Notes: generated from the sequence alone by a model not told the origin. A stretch of 64,000 bases of DNA from an uncultured beta proteobacterium (GCA_963828045.1 CAWHCM010000002.1:653709-717708); one strand, 5' to 3'; shown: positions 41,311 to 54,317, counted from the first letter of the stretch. Numbers and translations are program-made.

Positions 41311-43566
41311 TCATGCGCGGCCGGGACGCCACCGCTTCAACAGCAATGCATTGCCCACGACCGATACCGAACTCGCCGCCATTGCCGCGCCGGCGATGAC
41401 CGGATTCAACAGCCCCGCCGCCGCCAGCGGGATGCCGAGCACGTTGTAGGCGAACGCGAAGAACAGGTTCTGCCGGATCTTCGAGAGCGTCGCGCGCGAC
41501 AGCAGGATCGCGTCGACGACCGCGTTCAGGTCGCTGCGGATGAGCGTGACGTCTGCGGCTTCGATCGCGATGTCGGAACCCGCGCCGATCGCGAAGCTCA
41601 CGTCGGCGGCTGCGAGCGCCGGCGCGTCGTTGACGCCGTCGCCCACCATGCCGGTCACGACGCCTTGCGACTTCAGCGCGCGGACCGCGTCGGCCTTGCC
41701 GGCGGGCATGACGGCGGCGCGGAAATCGGTGATGCCGACGGCCGTCGCGACCGCCTGCGCCGTCGCGGCGTTGTCTCCGGTGAGCATGACCACGTGGATG
41801 CCGGCCGCCACGAGGCGGGCGATCGCGTCCGGCGACGACGGACGCACCGCGTCGGCAAGCGCCAGCACGCCGAGCAGGCGGCCGCCGGAGGCGATTCCGA
41901 TCAGCGTCTTGCCGCCTGCCTGCATCGGCGCAAGTGCGCCATCGGCAAAAGTCACCCCCTTCGCTGACAGGTAATCGAGCGACCCCAGCAGCGTTTCGTC
42001 GGAATCGCCGGCGAGGGTCCCCTGCACGCCCTTGCCCGGCGCCTGCGCAAAACGCGTGAGCGGCACCGGCACGATCCCTTCCGAACTCGCGGCGGCAAGC
42101 ACTGCCTTGGCGAGCGGATGCGCGGATCCCTGCTCGAGCGACGCCGCCGTGCGCAGCAGCCACGCGCGCGACGTGCCGTCGAACGCGATGACGTCCGTCA
42201 CGACCGGCCGCCCCTCGGTCAGCGTTCCCGTCTTGTCGACGATCAGCGTCTGCAGACGCCCTGCCAGTTCCAGTGCCGACGCGTTGCGGATCAGGATGCC
42301 GGATTGCGCGCCGCGGCCGGTCCCCACCATGATCGCAGTCGGGGTGGCCAGGCCCAAAGCGCACGGACAGGCGATGACGAGCACCGCCACCGCGCCGACG
42401 AGCGCGGCCGTTGCATCGCCAGCCAGCAGCCATGTCAGCACGAAGGTCAGCGCCGCAATCGCGACGACGACCGGGACGAAGACACCCGAAACTTTATCGG
42501 CAAGACGCTGTATCGGCGCCTTCGACCCTTGTGCTTCGGCGACGAGGCGGACGATGCCCGCCAGCAGCGTCGCGTTGCCCACGCCAGTCGCCTCGCACGT
42601 CAGCATGCCGTCCTGGTTCAGCGTGCCGGCGAACAGTTTCGCGCCGGCACTCTTCGGCGCCGGACGGCTCTCGCCGGTCAGCATGCTCTCGTCCGCGGTC
42701 GAGTTGCCCTCGCGGACCACACCGTCGACGGGGATGCGTTCTCCCGAGCGCACGACGAAGCGGTCGCCGGCCACGACCTGCGCCAGCGGCACGTCGACGA
42801 TGGCGCCGTCGCGAAGCACGTGCGCGATCCTGGGCTGCAGCCGCAGCAGACCTTCGAGCGCCGCCGACGTGCCCGCCTTCGCGCGCGCCTCGAGCAGCTT
42901 GCCCAGCAACACGAGCGTAATCACCGCGGCGCCCGCCTCGAAATAGACATGCTGCCCGTGAAGTCCGAGGACGGTGACGACGGCACTGAATGCCCACGCC
43001 ATCGTCGTGCCGAGCACGATCAGCACGTCCATGTTCGCGCCGCCGCCGCGCAGCGCATGCCACGCGCCGACGTAGAACCGGCGGCCGATCCAGAATTGCA
43101 CGGGCGTTGCCAGCGCGAGTTGCCATCCACGCGGGATCAGGTCGGCATGTGCGGCGTGCAGCAGGCCGCCGGAAGCCAGCATCGGCACCATTTGCGCGAG
43201 CAACGGCAGCGTCAGTGCCGCCGAGACAATGAGTTCCCGCTTGAGCGCTGCGTACTCTCGCGCCTTGCGCGCCTTGTCGCTCGCGCGCTCGGCTTCGGAT
43301 TCGCGCCGCACTTTCGCGCCGTAGCCTGCACGCGCGACCGCCGCGAGCATCTGTTCGGGCGTGACCAGCGTCGGGTCGAAGCCGACCGACGCAACTTCAG
43401 TGGCGAAATTGACGGTCGCGTGCACGCCAGGCACGCGGTTCAGCGCCTTTTCGATGCGCGCGGCGCACGCGGCGCACGTCATCCCCGTCAGGCCGAGTTC
43501 GAGTCGGTCCGTCGTCGCGGTTGGCGCGCGGGGCGCGGGCAACGGGAGTGCGGCCGGAGCGTCCAT
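41311..43566 (-). CDS. copA: Cu(I)-translocating P1B-type ATPase
   Basis: GMTCAAC, TGES, CPCALGLATP, DKTGT, GDGVNDAP, YN and MAASS motifs. Confidence 0.93.
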   Translation of the reverse strand: MDAPAALPLPAPRAPTATTDRLELGLTGMTCAACAARIEKALNRVPGVHATVNFATEVASVGFDPTLVTPEQMLAAVARAGYGAKVRRESEAERASDKARKAREYAALKRELIVSAALTLPLLAQMVPMLASGGLLHAAHADLIPRGWQLALATPVQFWIGRRFYVGAWHALRGGGANMDVLIVLGTTMAWAFSAVVTVLGLHGQHVYFEAGAAVITLVLLGKLLEARAKAGTSAALEGLLRLQPRIAHVLRDGAIVDVPLAQVVAGDRFVVRSGERIPVDGVVREGNSTADESMLTGESRPAPKSAGAKLFAGTLNQDGMLTCEATGVGNATLLAGIVRLVAEAQGSKAPIQRLADKVSGVFVPVVVAIAALTFVLTWLLAGDATAALVGAVAVLVIACPCALGLATPTAIMVGTGRGAQSGILIRNASALELAGRLQTLIVDKTGTLTEGRPVVTDVIAFDGTSRAWLLRTAASLEQGSAHPLAKAVLAAASSEGIVPVPLTRFAQAPGKGVQGTLAGDSDETLLGSLDYLSAKGVTFADGALAPMQAGGKTLIGIASGGRLLGVLALADAVRPSSPDAIARLVAAGIHVVMLTGDNAATAQAVATAVGITDFRAAVMPAGKADAVRALKSQGVVTGMVGDGVNDAPALAAADVSFAIGAGSDIAIEAADVTLIRSDLNAVVDAILLSRATLSKIRQNLFFAFAYNVLGIPLAAAGLLNPVIAGAAMAASSVSVVGNALLLKRWRPGRA

Positions 43567-43575
43567 TGGAAGCAC

Positions 43576-43620
43576 CATATACCTAGCCAGGGTATATGTC
43601 AAGATACCCGCTAAGGGTAT
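43576..43620. promoter_or_regulatory. two tandem CsoR-type operators
   Basis: CATATACC-TAGCCAG-GGTATATG (43576-43598) and ATACCC-GCTAA-GGGTAT (43604-43620), directly upstream of copA. Confidence 0.8.
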
Positions 43621-43630
43621 GTCGGCGCGG

Positions 43631-43936
43631 TCAGAACGGGATCTTGCCGGCGAGCACGTCCTTGTACATGACCCAGTCGCCGCAGAAGCTGTAGAGCGGG
43701 TACGCGAAGGTCGCCGGCCGGTTGTGCTCGAAGAAGAAGTGGCCGATCCACGCGAAGCCGTATCCGGCAAGCGGCGCCGCGGCAAGCCACCAGGCATTGC
43801 CGGTTGCCACGGCCGCGACCACGCAGGCGATGACGAGCGACGTGCCGACGAAGTGCAGCCGCCGGCACGTCCTGTTCGCGTGTTCGGACAGGTAGAACGG
43901 ATAGAACTCGGCGAACGTCGCGAAACGCCTGTCCAT
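43631..43936 (-). CDS. DUF962/Mpo1-like membrane protein
   Basis: FYPFYLSEH, LHFVGT and WIGHFFFEHNRPATF motifs. Confidence 0.85.
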   Translation of the reverse strand: MDRRFATFAEFYPFYLSEHANRTCRRLHFVGTSLVIACVVAAVATGNAWWLAAAPLAGYGFAWIGHFFFEHNRPATFAYPLYSFCGDWVMYKDVLAGKIPF

Positions 43937-43951
43937 GGCGCGATCCGGCGC

Positions 43952-45475
<1,524 letters not shown>

Positions 45476-45483
45476 TTCCCTCT

Positions 45484-46588
45484 TTACACTCCTTGCTTCA
45501 GGCTCGCGGCGATGAAGTCGTCGAGATCGCCGTCGAGGATGGCCTGCGTATTGCCGACTTCGTAGTTCGTGCGCAGATCCTTGATTCGCGACTGATCGAG
45601 CACGTAGGACCGGATCTGGTGGCCCCAGCCGATGTCGGTCTTGGAGTCCTCGAGCTTCTGCTGTTCGGCCTGGCGCTTGCGCAGCTCGTGCTCGTAGAGC
45701 TTGGACTTCAGCATCGCCATCGCCTCGGCGCGGTTGCGGTGCTGCGAGCGGTCGTTCTGGCACTGCACGACAATGTTGGTGGGCAGGTGCGTGATGCGCA
45801 CGGCGGAATCGGTCTTGTTGACGTGCTGCCCGCCCGCGCCGGACGCGCGGTACGTGTCGATGCGCAGGTCGGCCGGATTGATCTCGACGACGATCGAATC
45901 GTCGACTTCCGGATAGACGAACACGCTGGCGAACGACGTGTGCCGCCGCGCATTCGAGTCGAACGGACTCTTGCGCACCAGTCGATGCACGCCGGTTTCG
46001 GTCCGCAGGAAGCCGTACGCGTAGTCGCCCTCGACCTTGATCGACGCGCTCTTGATGCCGGCCACTTCGCCGTCGGATTCCTCGAGCACGTCGGTGCGGT
46101 AGCCTTTGCGTTCGCAATAGCGCAGGTACATCCGCAAGAGCATCGACGCCCAGTCCTGCGCCTCGGTGCCGCCGCTGCCGGCCTGGATGTCGATGAAGCA
46201 GTTGGCGGGGTCGAGCGGATGGCTGAACATCCGCCGGAATTCCAGGTCCGCGACGACCTTGCCGATCTTCGCGACGTCGCCTTGCACGGCGCGCACCGTC
46301 GCGTCATCGGCTTCGGAGCGCGCGAGCCCGAACAATTCGGTGCTGTCGGCCAATTCCGTTTGCAGCTGCGCGAGCACGTCCACAACGCCCTCGAGCTGCT
46401 TTTTCTCGCGGCCCAATTCCTGGGCGCGCTGCGGATCGTCCCAGATCTTCGGGTCTTCGAGTTCCTTCGCGACCGCGCCTAGCCTCTCGGCCTTGACGTC
46501 GAAGTCAAAGATACCTCCGCAGTTCCCGCGTGCGCGTGGAAAGGTCGGCCAGCGTGTTGGCGAGGGCATTCAGCTGCTCGGCTTCCAT
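45484..46588 (-). CDS. prfB: peptide chain release factor 2 with programmed +1 frameshift
   Basis: MEAEQLNAL...RRYL then GGAGGTAT-CTT-TGA-C at ~46504-46518; SPF and GGQ motifs downstream. Confidence 0.97.
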
Positions 46589-46722
46589 GATGAATTCCTT
46601 CGGCGAAACAGGGAATTATACTCGCCGTTACCAGCGCCGCTGCGGGCCGTTAGAATGGTGCCTCGAACCCGCGCGGCTTCGCGGCCGCCCGCCAACCTCA
46701 CCGCCGTCATCCGGAGATCCCC

Positions 46723-47187
46723 ATGGCGACCTATTTCGTCAACAAGGAACGCGTCGACGTCGCAGCCAACGTTCCGACGGACACTCCACTCCTGTGGGTG
46801 TTGCGCGACAACCTGAACCTCACAGGCACCAAGTACGGCTGCGGAATGGCGCTGTGCGGCGCGTGCACGGTCTACCTGGACGGCCAGCCCGTCCGCTCGT
46901 GCGTAACGCCGCTGTCGGCGCTGAAGCCGGGAACCGAGATCACCACAATCGAGGGCCTGAAGACCAAGGAAGGCGCGGCCGTGCAGGCGGCGTGGGAGAA
47001 GCTCGACGTGCCGCAATGCGGCTATTGCCAGTCCGGACAGGTGATGGCCGCGGCCGCGCTGCTCGCGAAGAAGAAGCGGCCGACGGATGCCGACATCGAC
47101 GCCGCGATGGCGGGAAACATCTGCCGGTGCGCAACCTACGTGCGCATCCGCGCGGCGATCCACGAAGCCGCGAAGACCCTTGGTTAA
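46723..47187 (+). CDS. (2Fe-2S) small subunit of an IorAB-like molybdoenzyme
   Basis: [22 protein letters not shown] and NICRC motifs. Confidence 0.92.
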   Translation: MATYFVNKERVDVAANVPTDTPLLWVLRDNLNLTGTKYGCGMALCGACTVYLDGQPVRSCVTPLSALKPGTEITTIEGLKTKEGAAVQAAWEKLDVPQCGYCQSGQVMAAAALLAKKKRPTDADIDAAMAGNICRCATYVRIRAAIHEAAKTLG

Positions 47188-47199
47188 GGACGCGACGCC

Positions 47200-49431
47200 A
47201 TGAACCCCATGCGCATGAACCGCAACAGCAGCGATTCCGCCGGCACGATGTCCCGCCGTACGTTCATCAAGGCATCGGCCTCCGCGGGCGCCGGACTCAC
47301 ACTCGGACTGTGGTTCGGCACCGACGCGGAAAACGCGCAGGCGCAGACCGCCGCCGCGGGTCCGCCGCCGAACGCCTTTGTGCGCATCGGCCGCGACAAC
47401 ACGGTCACGGTCGTCGCCAAGCACCTCGAGATGGGACAGGGCGTCTACACCGGATTGCCGACGCTCGTCGCCGAAGAACTCGACTGCGCGTGGTCGCAGG
47501 TGCGCGTCGAGGGCGCGCCGGCGGACAACACGCTTTACTACAACACGATATGGAAAGCCGCGTTCAAGTTCCCGGGACAAGGCACCGGCGGGTCCACCGC
47601 GATGGCCAATTCGTTCGAACAGTACCGGCAGGCCGGCGCCGCCGCACGCGCGATGCTCGTCGCGGCCGCGGCCCAGCAATGGAACGTCCCGGCGGACTCA
47701 ATCGATGTGAAGGCCGGCGTCGTGTCGCACGCCAGCGGCAAGAAAGCGACCTTCGGCGAACTGGCGGATGCCGCCGCGCAGCAGCCGGTGCCGGCATCGG
47801 TGAAACTGAAGGACCCGAAGGACTTCGTCTTCATCGGCAAGCGCGTTCCGCGCACCGACTCGAAAGCCAAATCCAACGGCACGGCGCGCTTCACGCAGGA
47901 CGTGAAGCTGCCGGACATGCTCACCGCCGTCGTGGCGCACCCGCCACGCTTCGGCCAGAAGGCGACCGACTTCGACACCGACAGTGTTGCCGGCGTCCCC
48001 GGCATCCGCTTCGTCGTGGCGGTGCCCAACGGCGTCGCCGTGGTCGCGACGACCTTCTGGGCCGCGAAGAAGGGCCGCGATGCACTGAAGGTCACGTGGA
48101 ACGACGCGTCAGGATACAACCGGTCGTCGGCGGACATCCTGGCCGACTACAGGAAGCTCGCCGCGATGCCGGGAATGCCCGCGCGCGTCGACGGCGATGC
48201 GGCCAAGGCAATCGCCGGCGCCGCGAAGACGTTCGACGCCTCCTACGAATTCCCGTACTTGGCCCATGCGGCGATGGAGCCGATGAACTGCGTGGTCAAG
48301 CTGACGCGGGACAGTTGCGAGATCTGGAACGGCGAGCAGTTCCAGACGCCCGACGTGTTGGCCATCGCGGCATCCACCGACCTCAAGCCCGAGCAGATCA
48401 AGCTCAACATGCTGTTCGCCGGCGGCAGTTTCGGCCGCCGCGCAAGCACGCAATCCGACTACATCCTCGAGGCCGTCGCCATCGCGAAGGCGCTGGTCAT
48501 CAACGGTAAGCCGGGCATCCCGATCAAGCTCGTGTGGACGCGCGAGGACGACATGCGCGGCGGCTTCTACCGCCCGGCCTATCTGCACACGCTGAAGGCG
48601 GGTCTGGACGGGAGCGGCAACATCGTCGGGTGGCAGCACAGAATCGTCGGGCAATCGATCAACGCCGGGACGGCGCTCGCCAGCGCGATCATCAAGAACG
48701 GCGTCGACCTCACCAGCGTCGAGGGCGCGGCCAACCTGCCCTACGCGATTCCCAACCTCGACGTCGACCTGCATTCGCCATCGTTCGGCGTCCCGGTGCT
48801 GTGGTGGCGCTCGGTCGGCTCCACGCACACTGCGTACTCGACGGAGACCTTTGTCGACGAATTGGCGGCCGCCGCAGGCAAGGACCCGGTGGCCTTTCGC
48901 AAGACGCTGCTCGCGCAAAAGCCGCGGCACGTCGCTGCGCTGGATCTCGCGGCCGAAAAGGCAGGTTGGGGCAAGCCGCTGGCGCCGGGCAAGGCGGGAG
49001 AGAAGCGCGGCCGCGGCGTCGCGGTCCACGAGTCTTTCAACACCGTTGTCGCGCAGGTGGCGGAGGTGACGGTCGGGAAGGACGGCAGGATTCGTGTCGA
49101 CCGCGTCGTCTGCGCCGTGCATTGCGGTACCGCGGTGAACCCGGACATCGTCAAGGCCCAGATGGAAGGCGGCATCGGCTTCGGCCTCTCCGCGGCGCTC
49201 TACGGAAAGATCACGCTGAAGGATGGCGTCGTCGAGCAGTCGAATTTCAACGACTACCCGGTGTTGCGGATCAACGAGATGCCGGTGATAGACGTCCACA
49301 TCGTCCCGTCGAGCGACCCGCCGACCGGTGTCGGCGAGCCGGGTGTGCCCGTCATAGCGCCCGCGGTGGCCAATGCGCTGGCCGCTGCGACCGGCAAACG
49401 GTTGCGCTCGCTGCCGCTGACGCCCGCGTGA
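47200..49431 (+). CDS. molybdopterin-binding subunit (IorB-like, xanthine oxidase family) with Tat-like leader
   Basis: SRRTFIK, EMGQG, TGGS, AHAAMEP, GGSFGRR, WWRSV and GVGEP motifs. Confidence 0.92.
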   Translation: MNPMRMNRNSSDSAGTMSRRTFIKASASAGAGLTLGLWFGTDAENAQAQTAAAGPPPNAFVRIGRDNTVTVVAKHLEMGQGVYTGLPTLVAEELDCAWSQVRVEGAPADNTLYYNTIWKAAFKFPGQGTGGSTAMANSFEQYRQAGAAARAMLVAAAAQQWNVPADSIDVKAGVVSHASGKKATFGELADAAAQQPVPASVKLKDPKDFVFIGKRVPRTDSKAKSNGTARFTQDVKLPDMLTAVVAHPPRFGQKATDFDTDSVAGVPGIRFVVAVPNGVAVVATTFWAAKKGRDALKVTWNDASGYNRSSADILADYRKLAAMPGMPARVDGDAAKAIAGAAKTFDASYEFPYLAHAAMEPMNCVVKLTRDSCEIWNGEQFQTPDVLAIAASTDLKPEQIKLNMLFAGGSFGRRASTQSDYILEAVAIAKALVINGKPGIPIKLVWTREDDMRGGFYRPAYLHTLKAGLDGSGNIVGWQHRIVGQSINAGTALASAIIKNGVDLTSVEGAANLPYAIPNLDVDLHSPSFGVPVLWWRSVGSTHTAYSTETFVDELAAAAGKDPVAFRKTLLAQKPRHVAALDLAAEKAGWGKPLAPGKAGEKRGRGVAVHESFNTVVAQVAEVTVGKDGRIRVDRVVCAVHCGTAVNPDIVKAQMEGGIGFGLSAALYGKITLKDGVVEQSNFNDYPVLRINEMPVIDVHIVPSSDPPTGVGEPGVPVIAPAVANALAAATGKRLRSLPLTPA

Positions 49432-49479
49432 TATAAGCATCCCGACGCGGGCGATCCAGAAGAGGCATTGGGAGGAGAC

Positions 49480-50613
49480 ATGATTCAAGCGATCATCAGG
49501 CTGGCCGCGTTGGTGCTGGTCATGGCCGCCGCCGCCGCTCACGCGGATCCGGGTGTTACGCCCACAACGATCGTTATCGGTGAGTCGGCGGCCTTTTCCG
49601 GCCCCGCGCAAGCGCTCGGCACCGAAATGCGCGCCGGGGCATTGGCCTATTTCCAGGCGATCAACGCGGCCGGCGGCGTCAACGGTCGGCGCATCGAACT
49701 GCGCTCGCTCGACGACGGCTACGAGCCCGATCGCGCCGCCGCCAACACGAAGAAGCTCATCGACGACGGCGTGTTCCTGCTCTTCGGTTACGTGGGGACG
49801 CCGACATCCAACGCGTCCAAGCCGATCTTTACGGCCGCCCGCGTGCCGTTCGTCGGTCCGTTCACCGGAGCCGAGTCGCTGCGCAATCCGGTCAATCGCT
49901 ACATCTTCAACGTCCGCGCGAGCTACTTCGACGAAACCGACAAGATCGTCGGCCAGCTGGTCGGCCAGACGCTCGACCGCATTGCCGTCTTCTACCAGAA
50001 CGACGACTACGGCAAAGCCGGCCTGCTGGGCGTCGAGTTGGCGATGAAGAAGCGGGATTTGAAGATCGTCGCCACCGGCACCGTGGAACGCAACACGGTC
50101 GACGTCGCCGCGGCGGTGGCGGCCATCGGCAGCGCCGATCCGCAGGGTGTGGTGATGATCTCGGCGTACAAGTCCTGCGCGGCGTTCATCAAGGCGATGC
50201 GCGCGGCTGGACACAATCCGCAATTCATGAACGTGTCGTTCGTCGGCAGCAAGGCGCTGGCGGCGGAGGCGGGTCCCGCGGGACGCGGCGTCGGCGTCAC
50301 GCAGGTCGTCCCGTTTCCGTGGAACATCGCCACGCCGATCGTCAAGGAATACCAGCTGCTGTATACGGCTTCGACGAAGAAGGACGACTACTCGTTCACC
50401 AGCCTCGAAGGATTCCTCGCCGCCAAGGTGTTGGTCGAGGGTCTGCGCCGCACGGGACCCGATCTCACCCGCGAGCGATTCGTCGCCGCGATGGAGGGCA
50501 TGCGCGACGTCGACGTGGGCGGCTTCCTGGTCACGTTCACGCCCACGAACCATAGCGGCTCACGCTTCGTGGAACTCACGGTGATCGGCAAGGACGAACG
50601 CTTCCTGCGCTGA
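49480..50613 (+). CDS. LivJ/K-like substrate-binding protein
   Basis: Signal peptide; INAAGGVNGR, DDGYEP, VGTPT and FNVRASY motifs. Confidence 0.88.
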   Translation: MIQAIIRLAALVLVMAAAAAHADPGVTPTTIVIGESAAFSGPAQALGTEMRAGALAYFQAINAAGGVNGRRIELRSLDDGYEPDRAAANTKKLIDDGVFLLFGYVGTPTSNASKPIFTAARVPFVGPFTGAESLRNPVNRYIFNVRASYFDETDKIVGQLVGQTLDRIAVFYQNDDYGKAGLLGVELAMKKRDLKIVATGTVERNTVDVAAAVAAIGSADPQGVVMISAYKSCAAFIKAMRAAGHNPQFMNVSFVGSKALAAEAGPAGRGVGVTQVVPFPWNIATPIVKEYQLLYTASTKKDDYSFTSLEGFLAAKVLVEGLRRTGPDLTRERFVAAMEGMRDVDVGGFLVTFTPTNHSGSRFVELTVIGKDERFLR

Positions 50614-50725
50614 AGTATCCGGCAGGCGCTGCGGCGCGTTTCACCCGTGGCGGCTTCCCAGGCCGCCACCCGAGCGGCGATAATCGGGGCGGCGAGCATC
50701 GAGCGCCGCCGGACCCGCTCTTCGC

Positions 50726-51553
50726 ATGTACACGCCCATCGGTTTCAAGCCCCAGCACATCATGCCCGAATCGCTTGGCGCGGACGCGTATGCATTCGCG
50801 TACCGTGACGGCAAGATCCTGGTGGGAGGCAGCGACGACACGGCCGCCATTCCGTCCTTTGCGTCGCTCGGCGCGGCGGGACTCGCCGGGACGCCGCACT
50901 TTCTAGGCACGCTCGACCAAGTCGCGTGCATCGCGTTGGCTCTCCCGGACGATGCGCCGGAGCCGGCAGGTCTGCGGTATGTGGGCCTGCGAACGCTGTT
51001 CCTGCGAGTCCCCGACGCGATGCTGGCGCTGGCGGGTCGCGCGTTCCAGGTCGTCGAATGGGATCGCACGCATCGCTTTTGCGGCCGCTGCGGCACGCCG
51101 ACGCGCGCCAAGGCCGACGAGCGCGCCAAGGAATGTCCGAAGTGCGGCTACGTCGCGTACCCGCGGGTGTCGCCGGCGATGATGGCGCTCGTCACCCGAG
51201 GCCGCGAGATACTGCTGGCGCGCTCGCATCGCTTCGTCAACGGCGTCTACAGCGCGCTCGCGGGATTCGTCGAGCCGGGCGAGACTATCGAGGACTGCGT
51301 GCGCCGCGAGGTGCGCGAGGAAGTCGGCGTCGAAGTGGACGGCATCACGTACTTCGCCAGCCAGTCGTGGGCCTTCCCGCATTCGCTGATGATCGCGTAC
51401 ACCGCCGAATACGCCGGCGGCGACTTAAGGCTCGAGGATGCCGAGATCGCCGATGCGCGCTGGTTCAAGCTCGACGCGCTCCCGCCCCTTCCGCCGAACG
51501 TTTCGATCGCGCGCCGGTTGATCGACGCCACCGTCGCCCGGTTACGCGGGTGA
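50726..51553 (+). CDS. nudC: NAD(+) diphosphatase
   Basis: FCGRCG..CPKCG zinc ribbon, YPRVSPA, Nudix box, SQSWAFPHSLM. Confidence 0.92.
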   Translation: MYTPIGFKPQHIMPESLGADAYAFAYRDGKILVGGSDDTAAIPSFASLGAAGLAGTPHFLGTLDQVACIALALPDDAPEPAGLRYVGLRTLFLRVPDAMLALAGRAFQVVEWDRTHRFCGRCGTPTRAKADERAKECPKCGYVAYPRVSPAMMALVTRGREILLARSHRFVNGVYSALAGFVEPGETIEDCVRREVREEVGVEVDGITYFASQSWAFPHSLMIAYTAEYAGGDLRLEDAEIADARWFKLDALPPLPPNVSIARRLIDATVARLRG

Positions 51554-51633
51554 GGAGCACCGGGGCCGGCCTGTTAGAATCTGCGTCTGGCCGCGAAGGT
51601 CCGCGGCCGCGTTCGTCCATGCCGGCCGATCCC

Positions 51634-52287
51634 ATGCGCCTTCATCCTATCCTGTTCGCCATCGCCGTTGCCCTGGGCGCGCAATTCGCGCTGGCGCAGA
51701 CGCCGCAGACGCCGCAGACGCCGCCGCCGATCGATCCGCGCGAGATGACCGAGGCCGCGCGCAAAGCCTATGCGCAAGGCCTGAAGGACGCGCGAAAGCT
51801 GATCGCCGAGAAGAAATATGCGGAGGCCATCGCCGTCCTCGACAAGACGGCCGCCGAGCGGCCGCGCGAACCGCAGGCGCGATTCCTGAGGGGCGTGGCA
51901 TTGGCGGAGTCGGGCAAGACGGACGACGCCATCGCGATCTACCTGTCGCTGCTCGCCGACTTTCCCGAATTACCCGAGTCGCACAACAATCTCGCTGTCC
52001 TGTACGCGCAAAAGGGCAACTATGAGGGCGCGCGCGACGAACTCCTGGCAGCCTTGCTGGCCGCGCCCGATTACGCCATCGCGTACGAGAATCTGGGCGA
52101 CGTGTATACCCGCTTGGCCGGCGTGAACTATGAAAAGGCCATCGCCCGCGACCCGCGCAACAAGACAGCTCCGCCCAAACTGAAACTCGTGCGCGACGTG
52201 CTCGACATGCGCACGGCGCCGCCCGCTTCGGCCCCGGCGGCCACGACGCCCGCGGCGCCGGCGGCAGCCGCCGAATCGCCCAAGTAA
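51634..52287 (+). CDS. exported tetratricopeptide repeat protein
   Basis: FPELPESHNNLAVLYA and AYENLGDVY; typical position upstream of ppiA. Confidence 0.85.
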   Translation: MRLHPILFAIAVALGAQFALAQTPQTPQTPPPIDPREMTEAARKAYAQGLKDARKLIAEKKYAEAIAVLDKTAAERPREPQARFLRGVALAESGKTDDAIAIYLSLLADFPELPESHNNLAVLYAQKGNYEGARDELLAALLAAPDYAIAYENLGDVYTRLAGVNYEKAIARDPRNKTAPPKLKLVRDVLDMRTAPPASAPAATTPAAPAAAAESPK

Positions 52288-52324
52288 TCATTTCCGCCCC
52301 AACCTGTTCCAAGGAGACACTTCC

Positions 52325-52903
52325 ATGTTGCATCGATTGTTCGTAGCCGCTGCCTTCGCCTTCGCCGCATCGACGGCACTCGCCGCCAACCCGCAAGTCG
52401 AACTCGACACTTCCGCCGGCGTGATCAAGATCGAACTGTACCCGGATGCCGCGCCGAAGACCGTCGCGAACTTCCTAGACTACGTGAAGGCCAAGTTCTA
52501 CGACGGCACGCAGTTTCATCGCGTGATCGACGGCTTCATGATCCAGGGCGGCGGCTTCACGCCGGAGTTCTCCCAGAAGCCGACCCGCCCGCCCATTCCC
52601 ATCGAGGCGGAATCGTCGAGCAAGGCGGGACACCTGAACGTACCCGGCACCGTCGCGATGGCGCGCACGAGCGACCCCAATTCCGCGACGTCGCAGTTCT
52701 TCATCAACGTCAACGACAACAAGTCGCTCAACTTCGCCCCCGGCAATCCGGGCTACACGGTATTCGGCAAGGTCGTCTCCGGCATGGACGTCGTCACCAA
52801 GATCGCCAAGGGCGCGACGGGCGCCGGCGGGCCGTTCCCCAAGGACGTGCCTGTCGAGAGGGTGATCATCAAGTCGGCGAAAGTGGTCACGCCCGCGAAC
52901 TGA
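52325..52903 (+). CDS. ppiA: periplasmic cyclophilin-type PPIase
   Basis: Signal peptide; [19 protein letters not shown] and SQFFIN motifs. Confidence 0.9.
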   Translation: MLHRLFVAAAFAFAASTALAANPQVELDTSAGVIKIELYPDAAPKTVANFLDYVKAKFYDGTQFHRVIDGFMIQGGGFTPEFSQKPTRPPIPIEAESSSKAGHLNVPGTVAMARTSDPNSATSQFFINVNDNKSLNFAPGNPGYTVFGKVVSGMDVVTKIAKGATGAGGPFPKDVPVERVIIKSAKVVTPAN

Positions 52904-52913
52904 AGGAGACGCC

Positions 52914-53414
52914 ATGTCCGTAGTCCTGCACACCAATCACGGCGACATCACGCTCGAGCTCGACGCGGCCAACGCGCCGGCCAGCACCGCCAATTTCCTG
53001 GAATATGTCCGCGACGGCCATTACGACAACACGCTCTTTCATCGCGTCATCCCCGGATTCATGATCCAGGGCGGCGGCATGGAGCCCGGGATGAAGCAGA
53101 AGCCCACGCGGCCGCCGGTGGCCAACGAGGCGACCAACGGCGTCAAGAACAAGGAGTACACGGTGGCGATGGCGCGAACGTCGGAGCCGCACTCGGCCAC
53201 GGCGCAGTTCTTCATCAACGTCGCCGACAACGATTTCCTCGACTACACGTCGCCCAGCGCGAACGGCTGGGGCTATTGCGTGTTCGGCAAGGTCGTCGCC
53301 GGCATGGACGTGGTCGACAGGATCAAGGCCGTGCCCACGGCCACCACGGGCTTCCACCAGAACGTCCCGCACGAGGACGTCGTGATTCTCAAGGCCGAGG
53401 AAGTGAAAGGCTAG
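52914..53414 (+). CDS. ppiB: cytoplasmic cyclophilin-type PPIase
   Basis: [20 protein letters not shown] and [10 protein letters not shown] motifs. Confidence 0.92.
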   Translation: MSVVLHTNHGDITLELDAANAPASTANFLEYVRDGHYDNTLFHRVIPGFMIQGGGMEPGMKQKPTRPPVANEATNGVKNKEYTVAMARTSEPHSATAQFFINVADNDFLDYTSPSANGWGYCVFGKVVAGMDVVDRIKAVPTATTGFHQNVPHEDVVILKAEEVKG

Positions 53415-53484
53415 CGGATTCGCGGGCGGCGGCGAATCCCTGGGCCTTCTCGAAAGACGCCTGGCGAGAGCCGAATCGGACCGC

Positions 53485-54210
53485 ATGCGACCGACGCTCT
53501 TCCTGTCCGACCTCCACCTGTCACCCGACCGGCCCGCGGCCGTCGCCGCATTCCACGCGTTTGCCGCGGGCCCGGCGCGCAACGCGGCCGCGGTTTACAT
53601 CCTGGGCGACCTATTCGACTGGTGGGTCGGCGACGACCAGCTGCGCGATCCGTTCATTGCGCCGATCGAAAAGTCGCTGCGCGCGATCGTCGACGCCGGC
53701 GTCCCACTGTTCGTGGCGCATGGCAACCGCGATTTTCTGCTCGGCAGGGATTTCGAGCGCGCGACCGGCGCCACACTGCTGCCGGAGCAATTGCTGCTGG
53801 ACCTTCACGGCGTGCGCACGCTCATCTGCCATGGCGACGAACTGTGCACGGACGATGCCAAATACCAGGCCTACCGCGCCCGCGTCCGCGCGCCCGATGC
53901 CAAGCGGCGCCTGCTGCGCCTTCCCTATCCCGTTCGCAGGCTCATGGCCGCATGGCTGCGCCGCAAGAGCAGCAGCGACAAGGCGCTGAAGCCCGAATAC
54001 ATCATGGATGTGAATGGCGCCGCGGTCGAGCAGGCGCTTCGCTCCCACGGCGCGCAGCGCATGATTCACGGCCACACGCACCGGCCCGCGCGCCATGTTC
54101 ACGCCGTGGACGGCACGGCGCGCGAGCGCTGGGTGATGGCGGACTGGCACGACCGCGGCCACTATCTCGCGGTGGACGAGCAAGGCGTCCACGAGCGCGA
54201 GATCGCTTGA
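53485..54210 (+). CDS. lpxH: UDP-2,3-diacylglucosamine diphosphatase
   Basis: SDLHL, GDLFD, GNRDFL, HGD and HGHTHRP motifs; follows ppiB. Confidence 0.93.
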   Translation: MRPTLFLSDLHLSPDRPAAVAAFHAFAAGPARNAAAVYILGDLFDWWVGDDQLRDPFIAPIEKSLRAIVDAGVPLFVAHGNRDFLLGRDFERATGATLLPEQLLLDLHGVRTLICHGDELCTDDAKYQAYRARVRAPDAKRRLLRLPYPVRRLMAAWLRRKSSSDKALKPEYIMDVNGAAVEQALRSHGAQRMIHGHTHRPARHVHAVDGTARERWVMADWHDRGHYLAVDEQGVHEREIA

Positions 54211-54317
54211 GATGACGCCGGAAGTCCTCTCGCCCGTATGGATTCCCGCGCCGGGCGCGATCGTTCTCGTCGGCTTGGTGCGGGCCGGAGGCAACGCACC
54301 GGTCATCGTAGCCCGCG

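Noticed and set aside
48109-50553. Long antisense ORFs (also 4411..6315, 9616..11553, 43361..45565, 58820..60997)
   Set aside because: Shadow ORFs opposite well-supported genes in high-GC DNA, with no recognisable motifs.
51697-51723. Tandem repeat (CAGACGCCG)x3, and Ala/Lys/Pro repeats in dedD and the DUF3604 N-terminus
   Set aside because: In-frame low-complexity linkers with no sign of phase variation.
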